From an uncultured virus (IMG/VR IMGVR_UViG_3300020159_003425) (Duplodnaviria > Heunggongvirae > Uroviricota > Caudoviricetes), in IMG/VR virus record IMGVR_UViG_3300020159_003425: DNA of 64,000 nt. One strand, 5' to 3'. This document shows, one piece after another, positions 45,855 to 57,600 of the stretch (position 1 is the first letter of the stretch; each line of letters begins with the position of its first letter). Below the pieces are notes generated by a model. It saw nothing but the letters and a program-made list of their open reading frames with translations. It made no database searches and was not told the DNA's origin. The translations under genes were made by a program, and so were the position numbers.

Positions 45855-47222
45855 ATGACAAATAAAATTGTAATCACACCAGAAGCAAAGCTCCTACAGG
45901 TACAACAGAGTTATTACGCACCTGTTGCCGTAATCACATCCAAAAACAATTTACCTGTTGAAACAGATTATTGTTTTCTCTCCAGGGTTGATCCATGGCC
46001 AGTAGCAAACACTCCACCTACTCCTGGATTGGATCAGAAAAGTAGAAAAGAAGTCTTCAAAAACATCTTTGCAGTAAAAAAAGTAAACACATCTGATATT
46101 TCTCCGGTTATCCAAAGAATAAACTGGGAATCTGGAGTCGTTTTTGATTTCTATCGTGATGATATTAACATATTAGAACAAGATGAAAACGGAAACCTTG
46201 TTTACAATTTCTATGTTAAGAATAGATACGATCAGGTTTTCAAGTGTTTATGGAACGGAAATGGTGCAGCTGCAACAGATGAACCGATGTTTACACCAGG
46301 TACATACGGAACAAATAACATCTATGTTGGTTCCGATGGTTACAAATGGAAATTTATCTATTCAATTGACGCCGGCCTAAAAGTTAGGTTTATGGATACA
46401 AAGTGGATGCCCATTGGTGTCAGCACAAATTCATTGAATCCATTATTATCTTCTGAAGGTACTGGTGGAGTTGAGGTCATCAACGTTTACAGTGGTGGTT
46501 CGGGTTATGATGCACCAAATGCAACAATTACAGTAACTGTAACAGGAGATGGCAATGGCGCAGTTGCAACAGCCAACACATCAAACGGATCTATTATTGA
46601 TATCATCGTCACAAACCCTGGAGCAAATTATACTTTTGCAAACGTAACTGTTTCATCCGCTTTGGGTAATGGCGTTGTCGCATACGCAAACACATCACCA
46701 GTTGGTGGCCACGGCTTTGATCCAATTTCTGAACTTGGTTGTTCACATGTTATGTACTCAGTTGAGTTTAATGGATCTGAAGATGGTGAAATACCAACAG
46801 ATGTTGACTTTCACCAATTAGGTTTAGTTGTCAATTCAACTTCAAAACAAACAACTCCAAATCCTGCAAACGGTGCAATCTATAGAACAACAACCGATTT
46901 AATTGTTGCTTCAGGTTTTGGTACTTTTGAAAGAGATGAAGTTGTTTATCAAGGTGCATCTTTGGCCGCAGCAACCTTTACTGCAAAAGTTTTGAGTTTT
47001 GATGTTGCAAGCAATGTACTCAGACTCATAAATATAACGGGAACTCCAACAATTAATGGTTCCGTTTACGGAAACACATCATCAACAGCAAGAACTGTAC
47101 TAACCGTCAGTTATCCAAACTTTGTTTTATTCTCTGGTTACTTGGCATATATAGAAAATAGAGAAAGCATCCAAAGAAGTTTTGACGGCATAGAACAATA
47201 TAGATTCGTATTAGGTTACTAA
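45855..47222 (+). CDS. 8: baseplate wedge protein gp8
   Basis: RINWESG, FYV.N....VFKCL.N, DGYKWKFIYSI, GGHG.DP..ELG, YIENR. Confidence 0.88.
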   Translation: MTNKIVITPEAKLLQVQQSYYAPVAVITSKNNLPVETDYCFLSRVDPWPVANTPPTPGLDQKSRKEVFKNIFAVKKVNTSDISPVIQRINWESGVVFDFYRDDINILEQDENGNLVYNFYVKNRYDQVFKCLWNGNGAAATDEPMFTPGTYGTNNIYVGSDGYKWKFIYSIDAGLKVRFMDTKWMPIGVSTNSLNPLLSSEGTGGVEVINVYSGGSGYDAPNATITVTVTGDGNGAVATANTSNGSIIDIIVTNPGANYTFANVTVSSALGNGVVAYANTSPVGGHGFDPISELGCSHVMYSVEFNGSEDGEIPTDVDFHQLGLVVNSTSKQTTPNPANGAIYRTTTDLIVASGFGTFERDEVVYQGASLAAATFTAKVLSFDVASNVLRLINITGTPTINGSVYGNTSSTARTVLTVSYPNFVLFSGYLAYIENRESIQRSFDGIEQYRFVLGY

Positions 47223-47231
47223 AGGAAAAAA

Positions 47232-50200
47232 ATGGCTCTGAATTTTAACGTTGATCCATATTACGATGATTTTGATCCATCAAAGAATTTTCATCGTATT
47301 CTTTTTAAACCAGGTGTGGCAGTACAGGCAAGAGAACTAACACAGTCTCAAACAATACTGCAAAGCCAGATTTCCAAATTTGCAGACAACATTTTCTCAC
47401 AGAATACACCAGTTACTGGTGGTAAAGTTACTGTCAACCAAAATTGTTATTATTTAAAACTAAACGCACAGTACAATAGTATTGACATTGTTGCTGGTGA
47501 TTTCACAAATAAAATTATTCAAAACTCAACTGGTCAAGTTATTGCAAAAGTAATTAAGACAGCAGAAGCCACAGGTACAGACATTGCAGCAGGAGATCCA
47601 CCGACACTGATCGTTACATATCTTTCTGGCAGCCAGTTTAGTGATGGTATGGATATTTTTCCAGTAGATGGTTCCAACTTTGCTGCAACAATTATTGGCA
47701 CTCTTGGTGGTTCAACAGGTGTTGGGCTTTCTTCTGTTGCATCCATTTCTGATGGTGTTTTCTATATTGTTAATGGTTATTCACAATCCAGTACACAAAA
47801 TGAAGATGGTTCATATACCAAATATTCAATTGGTAACTTTGTATCTGTTCAACCACAAACAACAATACTAGACAAGTACAGTTCAACACCGTCCTATCGT
47901 GTCGGTTTGTCGATCCAAGAAACAATCGTAGACTATATCGATGATCCATCACTGTTGGATCCTGCCGTTGGTGCATCAAACTATCAGGCACCAGGTGCAG
48001 ACAGATACCAGATCAACCTTTCACTAACAACATTACCCTTAGAACTTGGTAATGATGATGCGTTTGTTGAATTGTTGAGAATTGAAAACGGCAATGTACA
48101 GAAGCAAGTTGACAATACAGTTTATTCTGTCATCGACGAATACTTTGCAAAGAGAACTTCAGAAACAAATGGCGACTATATCGTCAGCAATTTCAAGATA
48201 ACACCTTCAGCAAACACAATCGATGCGAACACATATGTTCTGGGAGTTGGTCCTGGTGTTGCATATGTTCAAGGTTTCAGATTAGAGAACCAGTCAACAC
48301 TACAAATCACTTCTGACCGCGCAAGAACTACCGACTCGGTAAACAACAATAGTAACTTTATTGATTATGGAAACTACATTTATATTGACAATCTAAAAGG
48401 GCAAGGCAGTAGTTTCTTTGATATCACAACAGGAAGCCCAGTTGACTTTCACATTGTTGGCACCACAGATGTTAATAGATCAAACACAACAACATACAAT
48501 TCAACTTTAGCTGGCAGTGGTTATATTCGTGCGTTGAGTTATGTTCAGGCTTCGAACGGTTCAAATACACAAACATATACTTACAAGGCACACATCTTTG
48601 ATCTTGCAAGTAAAACACTTTCGAGCAACGTTTCGGCTGCTAATAGCACTTTCACAACACTATATGTTGGTTCTGCTGGGTTACTATCTAACGTGGCGAA
48701 CGCATATGTTGGTTGTTCTCTAACAATCAATTCTGGTACAAATGCTGGTGATGCAAGAACAATCACGTATTACGATCCAAATAACAAAACAATTCAAACA
48801 GACGCACCATTCACAATTACACCTGATGGAACTTCTCAGTTCTCGATTCGTTTTGGTGTAAAGGACTTCGAAACAATTGTGCAACCTGTCACAGGAACAC
48901 CTTACACATTCACAGGCAGTGCGAGCGTTAGTTCTTTAGGCAAGGTAAACAATGTTGCTTCTGGTTACACACAGCTGTTTAATCCAGGAAATTCACAACT
49001 GATCTTCCCATTGGGTAACAAGTTTGTTTCTGCTGTAACAGATTCTTCTTACACTTCATTACAAGAATTTAGAGCACAATCTTTCGCAAGTTACTTAACT
49101 GGTTCCAGAAGATATCTGCAATTAGATCCATCATCAATAGGAGTATTTGATTTCATCAGAACAGGAACAACAGAGTCCGCTGATGCAGTCAGACAAAATT
49201 GGATAGTTGTTGTAACAGACAGATTAACCAACACTACAATAAACAACGGTGATGTTATTGATTTCACAACAGGCAGCAGAAGTATTGCTGTTGATTCGGA
49301 CAAGAACGGTGTGTATCTGACATGCCCAGACCTTGCACCATTCACTGCAACAATCTATGCCAAGTTATCTGTCACAGATGGTAACGACACAAACTATGTA
49401 CTGAAAACCAAAACTCTGGTTCAAGCAAACACATCAGTCGCAAGTTCTACTGGTCCAGATGGTATCGTCAACAATACATACATTGATTTAACTAACGCTC
49501 AAATTTGGATTCCAACTGCTGGCGTTTTGGATTATGGAAACAACCAGAAGTTGTATGTTTCAGATGTTAAGAGAATTGTTAAGATTATCGATACAAATGG
49601 TGAGACACCAAACGTATCTATGTTGACAACGGGAACAGATATAACATCTTATTACACATTCAATGATGGGCAGACAGACAATTACTATGGTCATTCATAT
49701 ATCACATTGAAACCAGGTCGTCAGAAGCCTGTTTCGTTGTGGATATTGTTTGACTATTTCAGTCACTCTGGTGGTGATGGTTACTTTAGCGCACAGTCTT
49801 ACACAAACGTTGGCTTCACCGACAGACCAAAATACTATGCGGGTAACGGTACACTGTATGACCTAAAAGATTGTTTAGACTTTAGACCTTCTGTGTTGAA
49901 TGGTCAAGGCAACTTTGTATTCAAATACAAGATCACACCAACAACAACAAACAATTCTGGTTTCTTTATTCCTGCTGATCTGAGTGCATTTACATCAGAC
50001 TATGCATATTATCTTGGAAGAAAAGATATACTTGTAATTGGTAAAGACAAAGGTCTAAGATTAATTCAAGGTGTTCCAGACATTAATCCTGTTTTCCCTG
50101 GTCAGCCAGAAGGATCTATGTTGTTAGCTAAAATCTCTTTAGATCCTTATACTGAGTACGTAACTGGACAAACAACAACTGGGCAAGTTGCAAACATCAA

Positions 50201-52319
50201 TGTTCAACCAGTGATTCACAAGCGCTGGGCATTCAAAGACATTACAGATTTACAGACACGTGTTAATAATCTGGAATACTATACATCACTGAATTTACTG
50301 GAACAAAAGGCCACAAACCTACAGATACCAGATGCTAACGGTTTAAATCGTTTTAAGAATGGTATTTTGGTTGACGACTTTTCAACCTTTAGTGTTGCTG
50401 ATACATTCAATCCAGACTTTAGTGCTGCAATTAATACAAGGTTGCAATACTTAACACCTGCAATATTGGTTAAGAATTATCCGTTGCAGAACCAACAGTT
50501 ACTGAGTGTTGGTGGTTTCAAGGGACTGTCAAATACAGCCACTACGGGATTAACATACAAACCAACAAACTCCGACAACTCTCCAATTTATACCCTAAAG
50601 TATACAGAGGAAATAATTGCGAGTCAACCGTTGGCAAGTCGAGCAATTTCAATCAATCCTTTTGCCGTGGCAGATTCGATTGGTACGTTGACTCTGACAC
50701 CACCTATGGACAACTGGATCGACAATACAAAACAACCAGATTTGTTGTTCATTGATCCCAACCTGAGAATGTATCAACCATCAAGTACATTAAACTTACT
50801 TGAAGGTAATCCAACATTGGCTGTTGCTGACTGGAAAACAATTCCAGGAACAGAAACGACAACCACACAAACATTAAACGAAACGAACACAGATGAATAT
50901 GGCAATTCATATTCTTCTTCTTACAATGCAAACGTTACAACTGTAGATAAACAAAATATCTATACCTACGGATATTGGTCACAAACATATTCCGTTGAAG
51001 GCAATTACATCTCCAACGTTTCTCTGTTACCATATATCAGAGAACAACAGATTAGTTTCAGAGCAACCGACATGTTGTTCAATACAACAGTTAACGCATT
51101 CTTTGATGAGAAACGTGTCTCACGTATGGTTAGAAAACCAAACATCATTGAACTGAGTTCTGTTTCTGGAACATTCAATGTTGGTGACACGATTGGATAT
51201 GTTGTCAGTTCGATATTCACCAAGACTGGTGTGATATCCGATATCTATACCTATGCAAACGGTAACGTTCGTTTATATGTCATAGGTGATATTGGTACCA
51301 CATCTTATGGTGCAACAGTGAGAAACGGATTCTTTAATGCATTCGGTGTATATCAAAACAGCACAGCAAGTGGCACATTTGTTTCACAAACTCACTACTC
51401 TGGTGCATTTGCAGCCAATACATCTTCAACAAATACTGTAACACTCGCAACAACTGCTTCATCAAGCAACACCGCATATGTTGGGCAAGAGTTCTGGATC
51501 GTCAATGGATCAGAAGCAAGTGTCATTTCAATACCTATCGGCCAGAAGGCAACAATTTCAAGTTACAATGGTGTAACTAAAGTGGCAACACTGAGCAGAA
51601 ATGTGATTGCAAAAACTGGTGAAACCTATTCTATTGGATCTCTGACAACAAACGAAGTTGGATCTGTGTCTGGTGTCTTTAACTGCCCTGGCGGTTACTT
51701 CCACGTGGGTGAAAGAACTTTCAGAATAGACAATAGAATTGTTACGGAAGGTGCAACAGACTTCTTCTACAACAAAGGAACTGAAACTACATCCTGTGAG
51801 GCAACATTCTTTGCACAAGGAATCTCAACATCTTCTCAGAAAATTAATTACTCTGCAAGTATTTCTGGTCAAGCAAACACAATCACGACCATAAAGACTG
51901 CTAATGATGTTGTAACAAACACTCAAAGAATTCAAAGTGGTGGTGGCGGCGGTTGCTGTGTTATTTCTACCGCAATGTCTGATATGGGTATCTGGTCATC
52001 AGATCAGAAGTTCGATCTGATCGAATGGTGTGAGAAGTATCTGCACAACAAGACAATCGGTGAATGCTTCCGTCGTGGTTATCAAGTCATTGGTTCCAAG
52101 ATTGCAGTACCATTGTTGAGAGATCAGGGTATTATTGGTAAGATTGCTAGACCTTATGGTAACTGGGCATTCACCAACGGCACAAACATGGTTCGTGGTA
52201 AGAAGTTCTCATGGTTGTCTGTACCAAACTCTATAGTCTGGATCGCAGGTTTCATGGCAGTTGGTGCAGTTGTGACAACAAAGTATGCAAACAAGTGCTG
52301 GAAAAAACTGTACAAATAA
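47232..52319 (+). CDS. large virion structural protein (VrlC/DUF4815-like), N-terminal part
   Basis: NFNVDPYYDDFD..KNFHRILFKPG.AVQARELTQ.Q, APGADRY, LEYYTSLNLLE, RFKNGILVDDF. Confidence 0.85.
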   Translation: MALNFNVDPYYDDFDPSKNFHRILFKPGVAVQARELTQSQTILQSQISKFADNIFSQNTPVTGGKVTVNQNCYYLKLNAQYNSIDIVAGDFTNKIIQNSTGQVIAKVIKTAEATGTDIAAGDPPTLIVTYLSGSQFSDGMDIFPVDGSNFAATIIGTLGGSTGVGLSSVASISDGVFYIVNGYSQSSTQNEDGSYTKYSIGNFVSVQPQTTILDKYSSTPSYRVGLSIQETIVDYIDDPSLLDPAVGASNYQAPGADRYQINLSLTTLPLELGNDDAFVELLRIENGNVQKQVDNTVYSVIDEYFAKRTSETNGDYIVSNFKITPSANTIDANTYVLGVGPGVAYVQGFRLENQSTLQITSDRARTTDSVNNNSNFIDYGNYIYIDNLKGQGSSFFDITTGSPVDFHIVGTTDVNRSNTTTYNSTLAGSGYIRALSYVQASNGSNTQTYTYKAHIFDLASKTLSSNVSAANSTFTTLYVGSAGLLSNVANAYVGCSLTINSGTNAGDARTITYYDPNNKTIQTDAPFTITPDGTSQFSIRFGVKDFETIVQPVTGTPYTFTGSASVSSLGKVNNVASGYTQLFNPGNSQLIFPLGNKFVSAVTDSSYTSLQEFRAQSFASYLTGSRRYLQLDPSSIGVFDFIRTGTTESADAVRQNWIVVVTDRLTNTTINNGDVIDFTTGSRSIAVDSDKNGVYLTCPDLAPFTATIYAKLSVTDGNDTNYVLKTKTLVQANTSVASSTGPDGIVNNTYIDLTNAQIWIPTAGVLDYGNNQKLYVSDVKRIVKIIDTNGETPNVSMLTTGTDITSYYTFNDGQTDNYYGHSYITLKPGRQKPVSLWILFDYFSHSGGDGYFSAQSYTNVGFTDRPKYYAGNGTLYDLKDCLDFRPSVLNGQGNFVFKYKITPTTTNNSGFFIPADLSAFTSDYAYYLGRKDILVIGKDKGLRLIQGVPDINPVFPGQPEGSMLLAKISLDPYTEYVTGQTTTGQVANINVQPVIHKRWAFKDITDLQTRVNNLEYYTSLNLLEQKATNLQIPDANGLNRFKNGILVDDFSTFSVADTFNPDFSAAINTRLQYLTPAILVKNYPLQNQQLLSVGGFKGLSNTATTGLTYKPTNSDNSPIYTLKYTEEIIASQPLASRAISINPFAVADSIGTLTLTPPMDNWIDNTKQPDLLFIDPNLRMYQPSSTLNLLEGNPTLAVADWKTIPGTETTTTQTLNETNTDEYGNSYSSSYNANVTTVDKQNIYTYGYWSQTYSVEGNYISNVSLLPYIREQQISFRATDMLFNTTVNAFFDEKRVSRMVRKPNIIELSSVSGTFNVGDTIGYVVSSIFTKTGVISDIYTYANGNVRLYVIGDIGTTSYGATVRNGFFNAFGVYQNSTASGTFVSQTHYSGAFAANTSSTNTVTLATTASSSNTAYVGQEFWIVNGSEASVISIPIGQKATISSYNGVTKVATLSRNVIAKTGETYSIGSLTTNEVGSVSGVFNCPGGYFHVGERTFRIDNRIVTEGATDFFYNKGTETTSCEATFFAQGISTSSQKINYSASISGQANTITTIKTANDVVTNTQRIQSGGGGGCCVISTAMSDMGIWSSDQKFDLIEWCEKYLHNKTIGECFRRGYQVIGSKIAVPLLRDQGIIGKIARPYGNWAFTNGTNMVRGKKFSWLSVPNSIVWIAGFMAVGAVVTTKYANKCWKKLYK

Positions 52320-52322
52320 ATC

Positions 52323-52772
52323 ATGGGACTAAGTGTAGCTGAATATTTTGCACAAAAGGAGGCCTGTGCCTCCTGTGTGGATCATGGTACAGAAGAACAT
52401 TGTGTAACTACACTGTTAAGCAGAAAAGAAAACTGTTTTGTTTATAGTATCATTCACAATCAAATAGGTGAGTATAAACAACAAGAGATCGAACTTCTCC
52501 GAAAAATGAGAGAAGATTGTTCAGAAGAAGAAAATGTAATTTATTATGTTAGAGGTGAAAATATAATTGAAAAGATGGACCTGATGAATAAACCTTTTTA
52601 CGAACAGGTTTCTATTTTCAGTTATATAAATTACAAATATATTAAAACTGTTGTCGAAGCATTGGTTCAAAAAAGAACAGATGATGCAAAACGTCTAATA
52701 AATACTATGTTAGAAGTTCTTGAAAAAGAGAATAACATACCGAAGGAATTAAATGAGTTCAAGTACTATTGA
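52323..52772 (+). CDS. hypothetical protein with CFI-box-CTERM-like pattern
   Basis: NCFV...EIELLRKMRED...IYY.RG..II..M...YI..VV pattern. Confidence 0.55.
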   Translation: MGLSVAEYFAQKEACASCVDHGTEEHCVTTLLSRKENCFVYSIIHNQIGEYKQQEIELLRKMREDCSEEENVIYYVRGENIIEKMDLMNKPFYEQVSIFSYINYKYIKTVVEALVQKRTDDAKRLINTMLEVLEKENNIPKELNEFKYY

Positions 52773-54408
52773 TCCAGTAGCGCAAACATTTATCATAGAT
52801 GGTCAAAATTTTCCATCTGGAGCTTTCTTAAGTTCTGTTAATTTGTTTTTTAGAACAAAGCCATCGACGAGCGTACCTGTTCGCCTTTGCATATTATCAA
52901 CTATCAATGGTTATCCAACTGGGCAACCTCTAGAGTATTCTATTGTTAGTTTGCCATCCACTTCTGTTAATGTATCCGAAACACCGCATTACCTGAATTC
53001 AAGTACGTATACGAATTTTGCTTTTTCGGCACCGGTTTATATTAATCCAGACCAATTGTATGCAATAGTTGTTCAGTCTTCTTCAGATGATTATACACTG
53101 TGGTGTTCACAACAAGGTGATTCTGCATTGTTATCAACATCAAAAGCTTTACCAACAGACGTTAATCCATCAACACCAACAAAGATTGTTACCACTCCTT
53201 ATGTTGGTGATTTGTTCGAATCTCAGAATGGATTAACTTGGACTGCCGACTTATTAAAAGACTTGATGTTTACGATCAATAGATGTAAGTTTGATACAAA
53301 TACATCGCCTTCAATGTCATTTGTTGTACCGGCAGGATTACCAGAGAGAAGAACAATTGAATCGGATACATCTCTTGCTACATCCAATTCTATATACGAT
53401 CTATTCAACCTATCCACAACAGACTTAACACCACCAGGAACCACTCTTTCATATCAGTATACAACAACACTAGAGTCTGGTTCAGCTGATGGTCCATATA
53501 ACGTGGTACCAGGAAAATATGGTACACCAAAATCGGAAGATGTGGCTTTGAATGACAACAAGGGATCGAGAGTATTAAACTATACCGCAAACGATTCATT
53601 TAAATTGCAAGCCACTTTATCTACAGACAACGATGCTGTCAGCCCAATTATTTCGGAAGACGGATTGAGCCTATGGACAATTCGTTATAGAATTAATAAC
53701 ATGGGTATTTCAAACGATGATATTTTCCTTATTTCTGGTGGCCGAGGATACTTAGCCAATGCGAACGGAACAATTTCTTATCCTCAAATTAGCGTTTCTG
53801 CACCAGATTTGGGTGGTGGTGAACAAGCTTACGTTTCTGCCAACATCCAATCTGGAAATATTGTCAGTGTATATGTTACATCAGAAGGTTCTGGATATCT
53901 GACAACACCATCAATCACCATTTCAAATACATCAAACGTGTCGGCGAACGTGATTATTGCTGGTGAAACATCACCCGCCGGCGGAAACGGCAGAGCCAAA
54001 TATATAACACAGGTTGTCACCTTGGCAGAAGGTAGTGATTCTGGTGACCTAAGAGTCTACACAACAGCTTATAGACCACCAAATTCAGACATTCATGTTT
54101 ATTATAAGATTGTGGCCAGAGATGACACACAAAAAATTGAACAAGGTGATTGGAAATTGATGACAATTACAACTGGTGCCGGAAGATACTCGACAAGTTT
54201 TTCCGATATCGTTGAATATGAATTTTCACCAGGCACATTAAACGTTGCAGATGAATTTGTGAGTTATACCAGTAAAGCTAACGGGCTTTCCTATACATCA
54301 TTCTACCAGTTTGTAATTAAAGTTGTTATGTCGTCTTCCGATTCGACGTTTGCACCATTCTTGGATGACATAAGAGCAATTGCTCTGCCGCCAGGAACAG
54401 GACTATAA
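52753..54408 (+). CDS. VrlC-like structural protein, C-terminal part
   Basis: DPVAQTF...FLSSVNLFF..K, G.LFESQNG.TW, DLMF, AKYIT..V.L, DIRAIAL. Confidence 0.82.
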   Translation: MSSSTIDPVAQTFIIDGQNFPSGAFLSSVNLFFRTKPSTSVPVRLCILSTINGYPTGQPLEYSIVSLPSTSVNVSETPHYLNSSTYTNFAFSAPVYINPDQLYAIVVQSSSDDYTLWCSQQGDSALLSTSKALPTDVNPSTPTKIVTTPYVGDLFESQNGLTWTADLLKDLMFTINRCKFDTNTSPSMSFVVPAGLPERRTIESDTSLATSNSIYDLFNLSTTDLTPPGTTLSYQYTTTLESGSADGPYNVVPGKYGTPKSEDVALNDNKGSRVLNYTANDSFKLQATLSTDNDAVSPIISEDGLSLWTIRYRINNMGISNDDIFLISGGRGYLANANGTISYPQISVSAPDLGGGEQAYVSANIQSGNIVSVYVTSEGSGYLTTPSITISNTSNVSANVIIAGETSPAGGNGRAKYITQVVTLAEGSDSGDLRVYTTAYRPPNSDIHVYYKIVARDDTQKIEQGDWKLMTITTGAGRYSTSFSDIVEYEFSPGTLNVADEFVSYTSKANGLSYTSFYQFVIKVVMSSSDSTFAPFLDDIRAIALPPGTGL

Positions 54409-54409
54409 G

Positions 54410-54637
54410 ATGTTAGTCAAAGTAGAAGGTACAAATCTGTATCGCGATACAGAAACTATGGCTTTAATTAATAGAGACACAAAAGAAAAAAACGATTACG
54501 TAATGAAGTCTCGTTTAATTAAGAACCAAAAAGATCAAATAAATACCGTCAAAGAAGAAATAGAAGTCATCAAAGGTGAAATGTCTGAGATTAAACAATT
54601 GATGATAAAACTACTCGAAAAAGGTTCAAATGGCTAA
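54410..54637 (+). CDS. small conserved coiled-coil protein (KVEG.NLYRD...ALIN)
   Basis: ATG at 54410; typical neighbour of VrlC-like genes. Confidence 0.8.
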   Translation: MLVKVEGTNLYRDTETMALINRDTKEKNDYVMKSRLIKNQKDQINTVKEEIEVIKGEMSEIKQLMIKLLEKGSNG

Positions 54638-57600
54638 TACAGTTACATCGTTAAGTTACGCAAACACATTTGGTGAGTGGGTTGTTGCGACAAATAGTCT
54701 TATTAGAGAAAATAATGATCTTGCGGCAAACGACTATGTTAAAAGCACAGGTACACTTTACCTGAATGAAACTACACAAAACTCTCTTCAAGCAAACGGT
54801 ACCGTAATTATACAGAAACAGTTACTTGTACAAGGTACAGGTTCATCTGCTACTGTACAGAACAACATGAACGTTGGTAGTCAACTATATTTGACAAATG
54901 GTTCTTTAAGTTTAGTTGCTTCTGGTCAAGCAAACGTTGCTGGGCAGATTAACGGGCAAGCTTCTGGTATTGGTCTATTCATTGCAAATAATGCACATAT
55001 TGGTGGCAACACAGTTTCTGCGGTAAGAGTTACGACAGGTATCTTGCAAGCAAACTCTTCTGTTAATACATCGAACGCTTCAATTGTTAACACAGTATTC
55101 ACCAAAGATTTACAGGCAAACTCTACAGTTAACACAGCAACAGCTTCTGTAACTGGTACTACATTTACTAACGTATTACAAGCCAACACATCAACAAATA
55201 CAAGCAACGCTTCGATTGTTGGAACAACATATACTGGTATTTTACAGGCAAATACTTCTGCAACTGTTGGTACATTACAAGCTAATACATCAACAAATAC
55301 TGCCACAGCATCCGTAACAGGTACCACATTTACGAATGTATTGCAAGCAAATACATCAACAAATACTGCCACAGCATCTGTAACAGGTACCACATTTACT
55401 GGTGTACTGCAAGCCAACACCTCTACAAATACTGCCACAGCTTCTGTAACTGGCACCACATTTACAAATGTGTTACAATCCAATACGTCTGTTAATACAG
55501 CAACAGCGTCCATAACAGGCACCACTTTCACTAATGTATTACAAGCCAATACATCAACAAATACAGCAACAGCATCCGTAACAGGCACCACATTTACTGG
55601 TACACTACAAGCTAATACTTCTGCAACTGTTGGTACACTACAAGCTAATACTTCTACAAATACAGCAACAGCATCTGTGACGGGCACCACATTTACAAAT
55701 GTGTTACAATCCAATACGTCTGTTAATACAGCAACAGCTTCTGTAACTGGCACCACTTTCACTAATGTATTACAAGCCAATACCTCTGTAAATTCACCAT
55801 TGGTTGTCGCAAACAATATCACTTCAAACAATACAATTACAGCAAATAATATTTCGTTGTCTAATGTATTGAATGGTAACACTGCCACAGGATACTTCAA
55901 CAGTATTCAAGTTCAAGGTGGTGGTTTAACCATTAACGGTAACTTTGTAATAACTGGCACAACAGTTTACACTGCGAACACTTTCATACTTTCTTCAGAC
56001 GTTTCGTCTGGTATTTCGAGTTACTATAATGTAGATAGGGGTTCTTCTGGTGTAGATGCTGCATTCCGTTGGAATGAACTATCTTTGTACTGGGACATGT
56101 TGAATGTCACATCGAACGTATACTATCGTGTTCTAACGAATGAGTATTTTAATGATACGTTAACATCTACCAGCACCACATTAGTTGCAACCGCAAACGC
56201 AGTCAATGCATTAAATACACTTTATAATACATCAAATACATTCTTGCAAGCTGGTGTTGTTTCGAATGGTTTATATGCAAACGCAGCATTCTTAAGAGCT
56301 AACGCAGCATATGGTTCACAAAATACCACCGGCACATACGCAAACTCTGCATATGCACAAGCCAACACTGCAACCAATAATGCAGCAGGAGCGTCCTTGT
56401 ATGCAAACGGAGCTTTCATTCAAGCAAACGCAGCATTCTTAAGAGCCAATACACCAGATGCTATAGCTAACTCGGCAGCACTCTACGCTAATGGAGCTTT
56501 CACTCAAGCAAATTCTGGATATAATCAAGCGAACACTGCTACAAACAATGCTGCAACAGCAGATTCTAAAGCAGTAACAGCTGGTTCTTATGCAAACTCA
56601 GCATATACACAAGCAAACACCGCGACCAATAATGCGGCTGGCGCATCACTATATGCAAATGGTGCATTCATTCAAGCTAATGCAGCATTCTTAAGAGCCA
56701 ATACACCAGATGCTATAGCTAACTCAGCAGCACTTTATGCAAATGGTGCTTTCGTACAGGCTAACGCTGGTTATACACAAGCCAACACTGCAACTAATAA
56801 TGCAGCTGGTGCCTCATTATATGCCAATGGTGCTTTTGTACAAGCCAATGCTGCTTATGCTCAAGCAAATACAGCAACCAATAATGCAGCAGGAGCATCT
56901 TTGTATGCTAATGGCGCTTTTAGACAAGCCAATGCTGCTTATGCTCAAGCTAACACCACTGCATCTTCAGCTACAAACGCTAGTAATCTTTCAAGTGGCA
57001 CCGTACCTCTTGCTAGACTGAGTGGAATAACAACGACACAACTTAGTGCGTCTGCTGCTATTACAAATTCACAGTTAGCAAGCAGCACAATATCTGGTGT
57101 CTCCTTGGGTGGAACTTTACCATCACACACAGCTGGATCTTATTTGGTTGGTAGTGCTTATAATGGCAGTACAGGTCAAACATGGTCTGTTAACGCGACA
57201 ACTACAAATACTTTTAGTGCAATTGCAGCAAGAGATGGTGCAGGTGACATATATGCAACAGTCTTCAGAGGACTTGCAACTAGTGCCAACTACGCCGACT
57301 TGGCAGAAAAATATCTAGCTGATAAAGAGTATGAAGTTGGAACAGTTGTTTCTGTTGGTGGTGAAGCTGAAGTTACTGCTAGTTCATATGGTGAGAGAGC
57401 AATCGGAGTAGTATCCGCTCATCCTGCTTATATGATGAATAGTGAATTGGAAGGTGGAACTTACATTGCACTTAAAGGTAGGGTTCCAGTGAAAGTTACT
57501 GGCACTATACGCAAAGGGCAACGTTTGGTTGCATACAACAATGGCACAGCAGTTGCAGCAGTACCACATGCAAGTGACGTTTTTGGTATTGCGTTAGAAT

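Noticed and set aside
51950..52319. Possible intein after GGGGG-C in the VrlC-like gene
   Set aside because: No Hint block B (TxxH) or terminal HN followed by an extein; the ORF simply ends.
54926..55900. 324-aa Val-rich minus-strand ORF
   Set aside because: Antisense shadow of the tail-fibre repeats.
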